Below are positions 48,911-58,989 of a DNA stretch of 64,000 nucleotides, piece after piece. The stretch's first letter is position 1. Each line of letters starts with the position of its first letter. The position numbers were made by a program, and so were the translations under genes. The notes below the pieces were generated by a model. That model saw only the letters and a program-made list of their open reading frames with translations. It did not search any database and was not told the origin of the DNA. The stretch covers positions 14,646-78,645 of the forward strand of contig DPGD01000024.1 in the NCBI GenBank assembly GCA_003522145.1, in the 5' to 3' direction. The stretch is from Clostridiales bacterium (GTDB lineage: Bacteria; Bacillota; Clostridia; Oscillospirales; CAG-272).

Positions 48911-50593
48911 TTATGAAAGTCTGTTTTCCGCAATCAAACCGTTTTCGATCAGTTTTTGCAACTCCACCGGCACTCCGTATACCGAGGCACCCACATGGAA
49001 ATTGAAATTGAAGCTTGAATTCAAGCCGCCGTCCGCCGCATGGGACAGGAATTGACCGGCTGTCACGCTGTCGCCCACGCTGACGGCAATATCTGAGGAA
49101 AGATTGGTATACCAGGTCATCAATCCGCTTCCGTGATCCACGATCACCATGCGCCCGGTGTAGATATGCTCTCCCACAAAGACCACCTTCCCGTCAAAGG
49201 CGGCGTGAACCTCTGTGATCTTTCCTTCCACATTCATGCCCTGTCCGCCGGTGGTTGCGCAATACATATTGTCGTAGGCGATATAGGTTTTGTTCAACTC
49301 CACGATCCGCACCCGCATTCCGAAACTGTAGTTGGAGGTATCCGAAACATAGTTCTTGGCGGCAGGCAGAACAAATTTTCCGCCGGCAAAAGAGAAGGCC
49401 GAATCGGCTGTCAGCACCTTCATCATCTTCGCATTCAGGTCTTTGAGAATCTCGTCCGTATAGAGAAGCTCTGCATTTTCAAAAGAATAGGGAATTTCGC
49501 CTTTGTCCGCAAAGGGCGAAACGGTCAGAAGCAGAATATCGGTGGCGGTGGAAGAGGTCAGACGGAGCGTATAGGCCGTTTCGGAATCCACCAGATCCAT
49601 CTTCAGGGGAATCAGGGCCTGCCAGCTCTCGCCCACCTTATAGAATTGGGGCGTGTACCCCAGCTCCGGCTCGGAAGTAAACTGAATTTCATTGGGGTCC
49701 ACCACATTGTAGGCAGAAAGGATCAGCACTTCCCCGCACCGGGCAAAGCTCTTGCTCAGGGAGAAGGCCGGCGTACCGAACATTCTGCCGCTGAAGTAGT
49801 ATTTGGCCTCGCCGTAGTACCCCTTGGCATCGCTCTGCTTCCAGTATGCCGTCAGGTCCACATACACATTCTTGGAGCCTTCAATGGAAATTTCCGAAAG
49901 ATTCTCCATACCGCCGGCATAAATCTGATAATTGGTGTCCTGCTCCCGGATCACGACCTGAACTTCATCCGGTTTCACCGAACTGTCCAGAGAAAAAATC
50001 GCATTGAAGCCCTCAACAAAGGTCTTTTCATCCCGGTCGGCATAGGAGCAGGAGGCCGTTTTCAACTGTCCTCCCGCTGTTTTATAGTGCCAGTCCAGTG
50101 TGTAAGGAACAAGGCTCTTTCCGCCGAAGGACACGACAGGCGCTTTCGCCTCGGCGTACACCGCCTCCGAAAAATCAGAATCCAGAAAAGCACCCGCACT
50201 TTCGGACGCAATCTTATATACCCGCTGTTCCGCATCGGTAAAATAGCAGGAATTGCTGTCGGAAGAAAGATAATAGACATAACTGTGCTCCACCCCATAG
50301 GCATCCAGATAGGTGGCCTCGTACCGCTCATAAGACAGCGCCTCCTCGGGAAGCACCGTCAACGCTGTGGGTCTGTTTTTTTCCTCTTCCCCGTGCAGTC
50401 CCGAAAAAATTTTCAGCGCCTCACTCTCCTTGTCACATTCGAGAGTTATGCCGTCGGCTTTCAGCACCATTTTTTCAATATCCGACAGCTTCTTGGCAGA
50501 CTCACTTCCCGAATAGAAATGATACCCCACCATAAAAATGGTAGGCAAGAGAACCACCAACACACAGGCAATAATCACAAATACTTTTTTCAT
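48911..50593 (-). CDS. M23-family (LytM-type) metallopeptidase with N-terminal membrane anchor
   Basis: 560 aa. C-terminal VVFVGEHIYTGRMVIVDHGSGLMTWYTNLSSDIAVSVGDSVTAGQFLSHA...FNFHVGASVYGVPVE. Confidence 0.8.
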   Translation of the reverse strand: MKKVFVIIACVLVVLLPTIFMVGYHFYSGSESAKKLSDIEKMVLKADGITLECDKESEALKIFSGLHGEEEKNRPTALTVLPEEALSYERYEATYLDAYGVEHSYVYYLSSDSNSCYFTDAEQRVYKIASESAGAFLDSDFSEAVYAEAKAPVVSFGGKSLVPYTLDWHYKTAGGQLKTASCSYADRDEKTFVEGFNAIFSLDSSVKPDEVQVVIREQDTNYQIYAGGMENLSEISIEGSKNVYVDLTAYWKQSDAKGYYGEAKYYFSGRMFGTPAFSLSKSFARCGEVLILSAYNVVDPNEIQFTSEPELGYTPQFYKVGESWQALIPLKMDLVDSETAYTLRLTSSTATDILLLTVSPFADKGEIPYSFENAELLYTDEILKDLNAKMMKVLTADSAFSFAGGKFVLPAAKNYVSDTSNYSFGMRVRIVELNKTYIAYDNMYCATTGGQGMNVEGKITEVHAAFDGKVVFVGEHIYTGRMVIVDHGSGLMTWYTNLSSDIAVSVGDSVTAGQFLSHAADGGLNSSFNFNFHVGASVYGVPVELQKLIENGLIAENRLS

Positions 50594-50713
50594 TCCACTG
50601 TTTTCCTTCCTGAAAATTCAGGCAATGCCCCGCTTGATTCATTATACACGAAAAGCACCAAAACATCAAGTATTTTTCACAAGATTTCTACAGAATTCTG
50701 CTTTTTGGGGCTT

Positions 50714-51430
50714 TCAGACAATCACCAGTCCCCCGTTTACTCCAAGAACCTGCCCGGTAATGAAGGCTCCGTCCTCCGAGGAAAGAAAAATACAGGCCTT
50801 TGCCACATCCAAAGGGGTGCCCAATCTTCCTAAAGGCGTTTCTTCCTTCAGTTCCTTCCGTGTATCTCCGGAAAGGCCGGCATTCATCTCGGTATCCACG
50901 ACCCCGGGTGCTATGCAGTTGACTGTAATTCCGGAGGGCCCGACTTCCTTGGCCAAGGCCTTTGTGAAACCGATCACTCCGGCTTTTGCGGCGCTGTACG
51001 CCACTTCGCAGGATGCGCCCACCTGTCCCCACATGGAGGAGATATTGAGAATCCGACCGTATTTTTGCCGAATCATCCCCGGCAAAAAGGCTCTGGTCAG
51101 ATAAAACGGCGCATCGTAGTTTACCGACCGCACCGCTTCCCACATCTCATCGGTCACCTCGTGAAGCAGAGAAAACTGAGCAATGCCGGCATTGTTCACA
51201 AGCACCTGCACGCTTCCTTCCTCCGCAAGAATCCTCTTGCAGGTTTCCTTCAGGGCCGAAAGGTCTGAAAGGTCGCACCTGTACCCCACTGCACCCAGTT
51301 GCCTTAGTTCTTCTGCCTGTTCTTCCGATTTCCGGTAAAGAAAAAGCACCCTGTCGCCCCTTTGCAGGAAGGCTTCTGCCACAGCTCTGCCGATTCCTCT
51401 TGTTCCTCCGGTCACCAAAACCCTTCTCAT
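50714..51430 (-). CDS. SDR-family oxidoreductase (FabG-like)
   Basis: 238 aa. TGGTRGIGRA...NNAG...YSAAKAG. Confidence 0.85.
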   Translation of the reverse strand: MRRVLVTGGTRGIGRAVAEAFLQRGDRVLFLYRKSEEQAEELRQLGAVGYRCDLSDLSALKETCKRILAEEGSVQVLVNNAGIAQFSLLHEVTDEMWEAVRSVNYDAPFYLTRAFLPGMIRQKYGRILNISSMWGQVGASCEVAYSAAKAGVIGFTKALAKEVGPSGITVNCIAPGVVDTEMNAGLSGDTRKELKEETPLGRLGTPLDVAKACIFLSSEDGAFITGQVLGVNGGLVIV

Positions 51431-51497
51431 TTTTTCTCTTCCTCTGACAAAATCTTAAAAATCAAGGGCTGCCGTAACCGACAGCCCTTCTGCTCTT

Positions 51498-52658
51498 TCA
51501 GCGCTTGTTCTTATTCAGCAGATCCAGCAATTCGCCGAATTCGTCATCCGAGAAGCCGCTGTCAGCCGCCTCGTCCTTTTCTTCGGTCTTTTCTGCCGTC
51601 TGCTCTGCACCGGTGCCTTCATTCACAGGCTTGGCAGTCGGAGCAGCTTTTTTGGCCGTAGCAGCGGAAGCCGCCTTCTCTGCCTGCGTATATTTATTGT
51701 TTCCGTCAAATCCGGCCGCAATAACGGTGATCCGCATTTCATCTTCCAGGGTGGGATCGATGATCGAACCCCAGATGACCGTTGCATCGGGATGAGCCTC
51801 ATCGGAAATGATATGCGAAGCAATGTCAATTTCCTCCAAGGAAATATCGGGAGAAGATGTGATATTGATCAGCAACCCTCTTGCTCCCTCGATGGAGGTC
51901 TCCAGCAATGGGCTGGAAATGGCGGCCTTTGCGGCCTGCTCTGCTTTATCCTTGCCCTGTGCTACGCCCACACCCATATGTGCGTATCCGGCATCCTTCA
52001 TGATGGTCGTCACATCGGCAAAATCCAGATTGATAATACCGATATTCCGGATCAGGTCGGAAATCGACTGCACACCGTGCTTGAGCACATTGTCTGCTTC
52101 CACAAAGGCGTTCAGGAAAGTAATGCGGGTGTTGGAAATCTGTTTCAGCCGCTCGTTGGGAATCACCAGCAGAGAATCCACGGTATCCCGCAGATTCTTA
52201 ATGCCGGCTTCCGCCTGCAGCATTCTCTTTCTTCCTTCAAAATCGAAGGGCTTGGTCACTACGGCAACCGTCAGAATGCCCATATCCCGGGCGATCTTCG
52301 CCACAATCGGGGCCGCGCCTGTTCCGGTGCCGCCACCCATACCGGCAGTGATAAAGACCATATCTGCGCCCTTCAGAGCCGCCGTCAGGTCCTCAACACT
52401 CTCCTCCGCCGCTCTTGCGCCCACATCGGGGTTCGCTCCTGCGCCGTGTCCCTTGGTCAACTTTTCGCCGATGGCCACCTTGTACGGTGCAACGGATTTG
52501 TTTAAGGCTGCCTTATCGGTGTTCACCGCCACGAATTCCACGCCTTCCACGCCCGATTCGATCATCCGGTTGATGGCATTGTTTCCGCCGCCGCCGACAC
52601 CTACGACCTTGATTTTTACCAGTGTGCTTTCAAACTGTTCCTGCATATCCATTGGCAT
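51498..52658 (-). CDS. ftsZ: Cell division protein FtsZ
   Basis: 386 aa. [16 protein letters not shown]...GAGANPDVG...[16 protein letters not shown]. Confidence 0.97.
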   Translation of the reverse strand: MPMDMQEQFESTLVKIKVVGVGGGGNNAINRMIESGVEGVEFVAVNTDKAALNKSVAPYKVAIGEKLTKGHGAGANPDVGARAAEESVEDLTAALKGADMVFITAGMGGGTGTGAAPIVAKIARDMGILTVAVVTKPFDFEGRKRMLQAEAGIKNLRDTVDSLLVIPNERLKQISNTRITFLNAFVEADNVLKHGVQSISDLIRNIGIINLDFADVTTIMKDAGYAHMGVGVAQGKDKAEQAAKAAISSPLLETSIEGARGLLINITSSPDISLEEIDIASHIISDEAHPDATVIWGSIIDPTLEDEMRITVIAAGFDGNNKYTQAEKAASAATAKKAAPTAKPVNEGTGAEQTAEKTEEKDEAADSGFSDDEFGELLDLLNKNKR

Positions 52659-52783
52659 TCCCTGCCCTCCTGATTTTTATATTTTCTGTCCCCTTTGAAT
52701 ATCTTCTACGCCTATAGTACAATAATAAAGGATTATCGTCTGATTTTCAATAGGAGATTTCGTTTTTTACAAAAAATTAACAT

Positions 52784-53644
52784 TTATTTTGCTTCGCTTC
52801 CGGGTCTTGCATATGCTTTCTTCACATCCTCCACGCAAATCAGTCCGGAAAAGTCCTTTCCCAGCTTGTCCAGGATGCTTTCCGCCAGAGCGATCTTTTC
52901 GCTTTGATTCTTCTTATTGCCTAACCGTACTTCCACCGGGTCCGTCCCGTCTGCCTTATAACTCCAAAAGCCTAAATTGAACCGGCTTCCGGCATCCAAA
53001 ACCTTAAAACCTTCCCCGAAGACCGAAGCCTTTATCAAACGGATCAGTTCCGGAATATACCCTTCATCTCCCTCATCCGCATATTGGATACGGTTTCCTG
53101 CCACCGCATAGCGCACCTCCGGCATTTTTACCTCGATCAGTCCCGGATATGCCTGCTCCAAAGCCGCTCTGCTCTCATATATTCCAAGAATTTTTTCGCT
53201 TTCCGCCACTGCCGCAAAAACGGTTCGGCTGTTTTCGCCGAGGGCATAATCTCCCGTCTCGTAAAAGAACAGCGGACGCTCTTCCTGTACCTTCAGAATC
53301 ACGCCGTCCGGGTAGTCCTTCTCCACCGTTATATCTTCAATCAGCCTGTAATTCTCAAGAATGTTGCTTCTGATTTTCCCGGAATTGATAAAGAAAAGAA
53401 CATCCCCTTTTTTAACGCCGGCCTTTTCAAGAAGTTCTGCGGAATCGTAAACGGTGTTTCCCTCCACCTTCACCTCTTTGGCCTTGAAAAAGAGCTGACA
53501 GCACAGCAAAAACAGCAGACTCAGCACGATCAACGCACAAAGCACACAGGTCAGAACGATCATCCGGCCTCTTCGCTTCACTTTTTTCTCTAACTGCTGT
53601 TTCAACTCCTCATTGAGCAGTTCTTCTCTCTTCCATTCATCCAC
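52784..53644 (-). CDS. ftsQ: FtsQ/DivIB-type cell division protein
   Basis: 286 aa. One TM helix, then a POTRA-like KEVKVEGNTVYDSAELLEKAGVKKGDVLFFIN. Position between murG and ftsZ. Confidence 0.8.
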   Translation of the reverse strand: MDEWKREELLNEELKQQLEKKVKRRGRMIVLTCVLCALIVLSLLFLLCCQLFFKAKEVKVEGNTVYDSAELLEKAGVKKGDVLFFINSGKIRSNILENYRLIEDITVEKDYPDGVILKVQEERPLFFYETGDYALGENSRTVFAAVAESEKILGIYESRAALEQAYPGLIEVKMPEVRYAVAGNRIQYADEGDEGYIPELIRLIKASVFGEGFKVLDAGSRFNLGFWSYKADGTDPVEVRLGNKKNQSEKIALAESILDKLGKDFSGLICVEDVKKAYARPGSEAK

Positions 53645-53673
53645 GACCTTTCACCTCTTTTCAGGCGGGCTTT

Positions 53674-54801
53674 TCATTTCTTTCTTTTTTTCTTCTCCTC
53701 AACAACCTCTGCGATCTTCCGGAAGATCGTTTCCTCCGCATTGCGCACCGCAAAGCCCTTTGCCGCCATTCCCATATTCTCTAACTCTTTCCCGGAAGAA
53801 AGAAGTCTTGCGACTTCGTCGGAAAGTCTGTTTTCCGAAAGCTCGCTTTCTTTCAGAAGAACGGCCGCCCCCTTGTCGCTCAAAAGCCGGGCGTTCTTGG
53901 TTTGCTGGTTGTTGGTCACATTCGGAGAGGGAATCAGCACGGAGGGCTTCCCCATCACGGAAATCTCCGACAGCGTCATAGCGCCCGACCGGCAGATGAC
54001 CAGATCCGCCGCCGCCATATATTTGGGCATATCGTAGATATAATCCGAACACCGGATATTGGGGCAGTCTTTCAGCCCGGTTTTCTCAAAGGCAACCGCA
54101 AACTCTTCCTTGCACCGGTCGCCTGCGGCATGAAAGAACAGTACCTCCGGATGCTTCTTTCCGTAATTTTCAAAAACACCCAGCATCTCTTCGTTCAGCT
54201 TCTGGGCACCCAAAGATCCGCCGAAGGACAGCACCACCTTCCGGCAACCGGCCGGAATACGCAGCTCCCTCCGGGCGCTCTCCTTGTCCCAGGTGTAGTA
54301 CCCGCTTTTCAGAGGCGTTCCCACATGCAGCGTTTCCTTGGCGCTGGGAAGCTTTTCGGCAGTCTTGGCAAAATTCACAAAAATCACATCGGCCTTCCGC
54401 TCCAGCATCTTGACCGCAAACCCCGGTTCCGCATTGGATTCGTGCAAAAAGCAGGGTATGCCCTTGGAAGCCGCCGCCGCACAGACAGGCCAGCAAACAT
54501 AGCCTCCCGTCCCGATCACCGCATCGGGCTTCAATTGCTGTAAAAGCTTTTCCGCCGCACGAAAAGCCTTCACGGTCAGCACCGCCGTTTTTACATTTTC
54601 AAGAGTCAGGCGCCGCCTCAATCCCTGTATCTCCACATGGTGCATGGGATATTTTGCCGGAACCAGACGATTCTCAATGCCCCCGGGCGTGCCCACATAA
54701 TGAATCTCTGCCGCCGGGTCATGCTTTTCAATGGCTTCGCCGATGGCCAGGGCCGGATTCACATGCCCGCCGGTTCCTCCGCCGGATAACAGTATTTTCA
54801 T
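53674..54801 (-). CDS. murG: UDP-N-acetylglucosamine--LipidI transferase MurG
   Basis: ATG 54801 gives MKILLSGGGTGGHVNPALAIGEAI... The track ORF continues to 55578, but that part overlaps ftsW out of frame. Confidence 0.93.
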   Translation of the reverse strand: MKILLSGGGTGGHVNPALAIGEAIEKHDPAAEIHYVGTPGGIENRLVPAKYPMHHVEIQGLRRRLTLENVKTAVLTVKAFRAAEKLLQQLKPDAVIGTGGYVCWPVCAAAASKGIPCFLHESNAEPGFAVKMLERKADVIFVNFAKTAEKLPSAKETLHVGTPLKSGYYTWDKESARRELRIPAGCRKVVLSFGGSLGAQKLNEEMLGVFENYGKKHPEVLFFHAAGDRCKEEFAVAFEKTGLKDCPNIRCSDYIYDMPKYMAAADLVICRSGAMTLSEISVMGKPSVLIPSPNVTNNQQTKNARLLSDKGAAVLLKESELSENRLSDEVARLLSSGKELENMGMAAKGFAVRNAEETIFRKIAEVVEEKKKRKK

Positions 54802-54857
54802 AGAATCTCCTTGTATGGTCGGAATATTCAGGATATACGGAAAAACGAAGCTTCCGT

Positions 54858-56219
54858 TCAGCTCTTCTCCAGGCAGGAATACCGGGAAATACAAAGCAAA
54901 ACGCCCATCTCCATGAAAAGAATGATCAGGGCGCTCCCTCCGTAGGAGAAAAAGGGAAGCGAAACGCCGGTATTCGGGATCAGATTTGTGACCACGGCAA
55001 TGTTCAGAAACGCCTGAATCACCACCTTGGACACAATACCGATCACCGTCAATTTTGAAAAAACATCGGGTACTCTTTTGGAAATAATCAATCCGCGCAT
55101 GAAAAATGCCACAAACAGCGCAATGACGGCCACCGCTCCGATCAGGCCCAGTTCCTCGCAAACAATGGCAAAGATAAAGTCGTTTTGCGGTTGGGAAACG
55201 AACAGATGCTTCTGCCTGGAGTTTCCTAAACCTACGCCGAAAAAACCTCCCGAACCCACGGCATACAGTCCCTGCAGTGTCTGCCAGACCTCCGACTGGA
55301 CCGAATAGTTTTCCGGGTTCCGGAAGATATCCAGCCTCTTGGTTGCATAATCCGTGAATGCAATGATCGCAGCCACCCCGGCTCCGAAGCCTCCCACGGC
55401 TGCGGCGAACCACACTTTTTTGCCTCCTGCGGACCAGATGACCGCCATTCCGATGGCAAACATAATTACCGTACCCGAAATGTGCTTCTCCAGTGCCACC
55501 AGAATACAAACGACCAACACGATTCCCAACGGGATAAAGGTGCTGAACAGCGAGGAACGCCAGAAGCCCTTCGCCCACACCTGTTTTTCGGTCAGACTAT
55601 AGTAATAGGCCAAGATCAGCACCAGGCCCAGCTTCATAATCTCCGAGGGCTGAATCGAGAAAGAACCGATATACAGCCAGCGAACCGCCTCTCCTTCCGC
55701 CACCCCCAGAACCAAAACGGCCAGGAGCAGCAACACCGCTCCCCCGAAATACAGAGGGGTAATCTTTCGGATAAACCGATAGTCCAAAAAGGAAATTCCG
55801 AACATCAAGGCAATGCCGATTGCCGAAAAAGCCAACTGTCTTTTGATGAAAAAGTAGCTGTCACCGGTTTTTGAAAGGGCGTAGGCATAGGAGGCTGAAA
55901 AAACCATGATCGAGCCAAAACAAATGAGCAAAAGAATGATGACCAGCATCGGCCGGTCCACCCCGCCCCGCTCTCTGAAAATCTCCTTTGAATCCTCCGC
56001 CGCCGCAAGGACATTGCGCAAGCAGAAGCGCTTTTTTCCTGCTTTTTTTTCTTTTTCTTCGGGAACCTGAAGGATCGGCTCTTTTTTTCGGCCGCTTTCC
56101 TCAAAACCGTGAGCTGCATTTCCCTTCACTTCTCCCGAAACGGCCTCTCCCTTGCGCTTGATCTTCTGCTCTGCCGGCGGGGATTTCTTATCCTTTTTTC
56201 TTCCGGAAATGAATGACAT
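54858..56219 (-). CDS. ftsW: FtsW/RodA/SpoVE-family peptidoglycan glycosyltransferase
   Basis: 453 aa. A basic ~90-aa N-terminal extension precedes 10 TM segments. QPSEIMKL...SQPQNDFIFAIVCEELG...PFFSYGGS. Confidence 0.92.
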   Translation of the reverse strand: MSFISGRKKDKKSPPAEQKIKRKGEAVSGEVKGNAAHGFEESGRKKEPILQVPEEKEKKAGKKRFCLRNVLAAAEDSKEIFRERGGVDRPMLVIILLLICFGSIMVFSASYAYALSKTGDSYFFIKRQLAFSAIGIALMFGISFLDYRFIRKITPLYFGGAVLLLLAVLVLGVAEGEAVRWLYIGSFSIQPSEIMKLGLVLILAYYYSLTEKQVWAKGFWRSSLFSTFIPLGIVLVVCILVALEKHISGTVIMFAIGMAVIWSAGGKKVWFAAAVGGFGAGVAAIIAFTDYATKRLDIFRNPENYSVQSEVWQTLQGLYAVGSGGFFGVGLGNSRQKHLFVSQPQNDFIFAIVCEELGLIGAVAVIALFVAFFMRGLIISKRVPDVFSKLTVIGIVSKVVIQAFLNIAVVTNLIPNTGVSLPFFSYGGSALIILFMEMGVLLCISRYSCLEKS

Positions 56220-56433
56220 TGCTCACCGTCCTGTCCTTTCTTCAGAATTCAGGGTACCTCTGCATATTCAAAGTGTGTTCAAAGGGCATTTTGCCGCAGA
56301 ATAAAGCGCAGAACCAAAGAATACTTTGCCTTCCCGCAAAGCTCTGCGGCAATACTGCGGTTGCCGGCTGCGCCGGAAATTTTGAAAAACGCCCTTCAGG
56401 AGCTCTCCTGCCGACCTGCCGGGCAGGTCCCTT

Positions 56434-57462
56434 TTAAAACAGTCCGCTGCCGCAAAGTCCTGCGAATGCGAAAAGTACCGTCAGTGCCGAAAACACCGAC
56501 ACGATTTTCACCTCCGACCATCCGCACTTCTCAAAATGATGGTGTATAGGGCTCATTTTGAAGAGCCGTTTGCCATGGGTCAGCTTGAAATATCCGACCT
56601 GAAGAATCACCGAAAGGGTCTCCAGAATGTAGATCAATCCGCAGAACAGCACCACAAAGGGATTTTTTGCAAGGAAGGCCAGCCCGACCACAAGGCCTCC
56701 CAGAAAGAGCGAGCCGGTATCGCCCATGAAAACCCTTGCCGGGTAAAAATTGTACACCAAAAAGCCGGCGCATCCGCCCGTCAAGGCCGCAGAAAGCAAC
56801 AGTACACTGTTGTTTTCCATCAGAAATGCGCAGAGAATCGCATAGAACAGCCCGACCACCAATGTGACCGAGGAAGCCAACCCGTCGATCCCGTCGGTCA
56901 GATTGACCGCATTGACCATTCCCGTCAGAAGCACCAGGCAAAGAGCATAGTAGAATATCCGGAATCCGGTATTGGACAGCCAATATCTGTAGCCGAAGAA
57001 GGGGATGTATAGCGCATCGTTGGCCCCGCCCGGAATGACATTCAGATAAATGCCCACAAAAAGGAAGAGACAGGCCACAAACAACTGGAGAAAATACTTC
57101 TGGGGAGGGGTCAGCCCTTCATTTTTTCCTTTTTTGAATTTTGTCCGGTCGTCGATCACCCCGATCAGACAATTCAACAGTGCATAACCGTATACCAACA
57201 GCAATCCCTTGATGTCGGAGAGAAAATCAAGAGCATACCCTAAAGGAACCACCACCAGAAGCACCAGAAAAGATGCAAAGACAAAGGACAGTCCCCCCAT
57301 CGTCGGGGTTCCCTCCTTGTTCTTGTGCCACCGGGGTCCGATCTCCAGAATTTTCTGCCCCATCTTCTTGCTCTTCAAATAGGGAATGAGAAAACGGGAA
57401 ATCAGAACTGTCAGCAAAAATGTGGCAAAAAGTGTTCCCCCGTAGAATAACCCCTTCATCAT
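56434..57462 (-). CDS. mraY: Phospho-N-acetylmuramoyl-pentapeptide transferase
   Basis: 342 aa. HKNKEGTPTMGG...NAVNLTDGIDGLA...MGDTGSLFLGG...PIHHHFE. Confidence 0.96.
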   Translation of the reverse strand: MMKGLFYGGTLFATFLLTVLISRFLIPYLKSKKMGQKILEIGPRWHKNKEGTPTMGGLSFVFASFLVLLVVVPLGYALDFLSDIKGLLLVYGYALLNCLIGVIDDRTKFKKGKNEGLTPPQKYFLQLFVACLFLFVGIYLNVIPGGANDALYIPFFGYRYWLSNTGFRIFYYALCLVLLTGMVNAVNLTDGIDGLASSVTLVVGLFYAILCAFLMENNSVLLLSAALTGGCAGFLVYNFYPARVFMGDTGSLFLGGLVVGLAFLAKNPFVVLFCGLIYILETLSVILQVGYFKLTHGKRLFKMSPIHHHFEKCGWSEVKIVSVFSALTVLFAFAGLCGSGLF

Positions 57463-57495
57463 ACTGTTTTCTTTTCCTTTCCTGCGGACCTTCTG

Positions 57496-58968
57496 TCAGT
57501 TCCTGCCCGATTCTTTTTCGGCAAGGGCCGCCTTCAGGATGGCTTTCTCACTGAAGGGATGCTTGCCTTCCGCCGTGATCTCGTAGTTCTCATGTCCCTT
57601 GCCGGCGACCAGAATGATGTCGTCCTTCCGGGCATTCCGGACCACCCACTGCAACGCTTCCGTCCGGTTGGGGATCACTGTATAATTGCTCCCCTCCGAA
57701 ACGCCTGTAAGGATCTGCCGGATGATCTCCTTGGGGTCCTCCGTCCGGCTGTTGTCCGAAGTAATCACCGTAAAATCCGCCATGGCCGTGGCAATGCCAC
57801 CCATCACCGGCCGCTTGGTCTTATCCCGGTCGCCTCCGCACCCGAAGAGCGCCACCAGACGCTGAGACGGAGTTTTGAACGCCCGGATCGTTTTCAGCAC
57901 ATTCTCCAGAGCGTCCGGAGTGTGCGCATAGTCGATCAGAACCGTGAAATCCCCTCCGAGAGAAACCGTTTCCATTCTGCCGGATACCCCCTGCAGGCGG
58001 CGCAACGCCAGCGCCACATCCTTGCAGGACGCTCCGCAAAGCCTTGCCGACACGGCCGCCGCCAGGGAATTGGACACCGAGAACGCTCCCGGAATGGCAC
58101 AGGAGATATGGATCGCTTCATTTTCGCTGATCAGGTCGTATTCACTGCCCCGGATACCGTTGCTGACAATATTCTGGGCGGTAAAATCGGCGTAGCGGCT
58201 CTCTCTGCTGTAGGTATACCGTCTGCCGGACGCCTGCTCGTACATATACTTTCCGTAGCTGTCGTCGGCATTGATCACCGAGATCTTACTCATCTTGAAC
58301 AGTTTGGCCTTGGCCTTGGCATAGTTGGCCATGGTGCCGTGGTAGTCCAGATGATCGGGGGTCAGATTGGTAAAGATTCCGATTTCCGGAGTGATGGGCG
58401 CCAGCTTTTCATAGTCCAAAGCATGGGAGGAGGCTTCCATCACCAAATATTCCACTCCCGCATCCCGCATATCCGCAATCAGCTTGTATAACTGTGCAGG
58501 CAGAGGCGTGGTCATACTGCTTTTTACCTCCACATCACCGATCATATTCTTGATCGTACCGATGACTCCCACCTTTTTCCCCATTTCTTCCAAAATGCTC
58601 TTGAGCATATAGGTGATGGTGGTTTTCCCGTTGGTTCCGGTCACGCACAGCACCTTCAAGGAATCTGCCGGGTCGCCGTAGAACCGGCTCCACAGGAAGG
58701 CGTCCGTGCGGCGGGTGGAATTCACAATTACATGGGGATACTCCTCAAAGCCCTGGGGAACACGCTCGCAGATCAGTACCTTCGCTCCCTTTTCCACCGC
58801 TTTTCCGATATAATCGTGTCCGTCGTTATGCTCTCCCACAAGACAGACAAAGGCTTTTCCTTCAAGGTCCTCCCGGCTGTCCTCGGAAATTCCTTCAATT
58901 TCATAGTCCAGCACCCCTTCGCTACAGTCCGATACCTCAATTCCCTCTAAAAGTTTCTTCAGTTTCAT
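57496..58968 (-). CDS. murE: UDP-MurNAc-L-Ala-D-Glu:meso-DAP ligase
   Basis: 490 aa. VTGTNGKTT...EASSHAL...DYAHTPDALEN...GCGGDRDKTKRP (DNPR-type region consistent with a DAP-type enzyme). Confidence 0.92.
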   Translation of the reverse strand: MKLKKLLEGIEVSDCSEGVLDYEIEGISEDSREDLEGKAFVCLVGEHNDGHDYIGKAVEKGAKVLICERVPQGFEEYPHVIVNSTRRTDAFLWSRFYGDPADSLKVLCVTGTNGKTTITYMLKSILEEMGKKVGVIGTIKNMIGDVEVKSSMTTPLPAQLYKLIADMRDAGVEYLVMEASSHALDYEKLAPITPEIGIFTNLTPDHLDYHGTMANYAKAKAKLFKMSKISVINADDSYGKYMYEQASGRRYTYSRESRYADFTAQNIVSNGIRGSEYDLISENEAIHISCAIPGAFSVSNSLAAAVSARLCGASCKDVALALRRLQGVSGRMETVSLGGDFTVLIDYAHTPDALENVLKTIRAFKTPSQRLVALFGCGGDRDKTKRPVMGGIATAMADFTVITSDNSRTEDPKEIIRQILTGVSEGSNYTVIPNRTEALQWVVRNARKDDIILVAGKGHENYEITAEGKHPFSEKAILKAALAEKESGRN

Positions 58969-58989
58969 ACAGCTTATCCTTTCGCTTTT

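Noticed and set aside
53674-55578. A 634-aa ORF that would fuse a ~258-aa N-terminal region to MurG.
   Set aside because: The canonical MurG N-terminus MKILLSGGGTGGHVNPA begins at ATG 54801. The upstream part overlaps the ftsW/spoVE-like gene (54858-56219) out of frame and is Arg/Gly-rich nonsense. MurG is called as 53674-54801.
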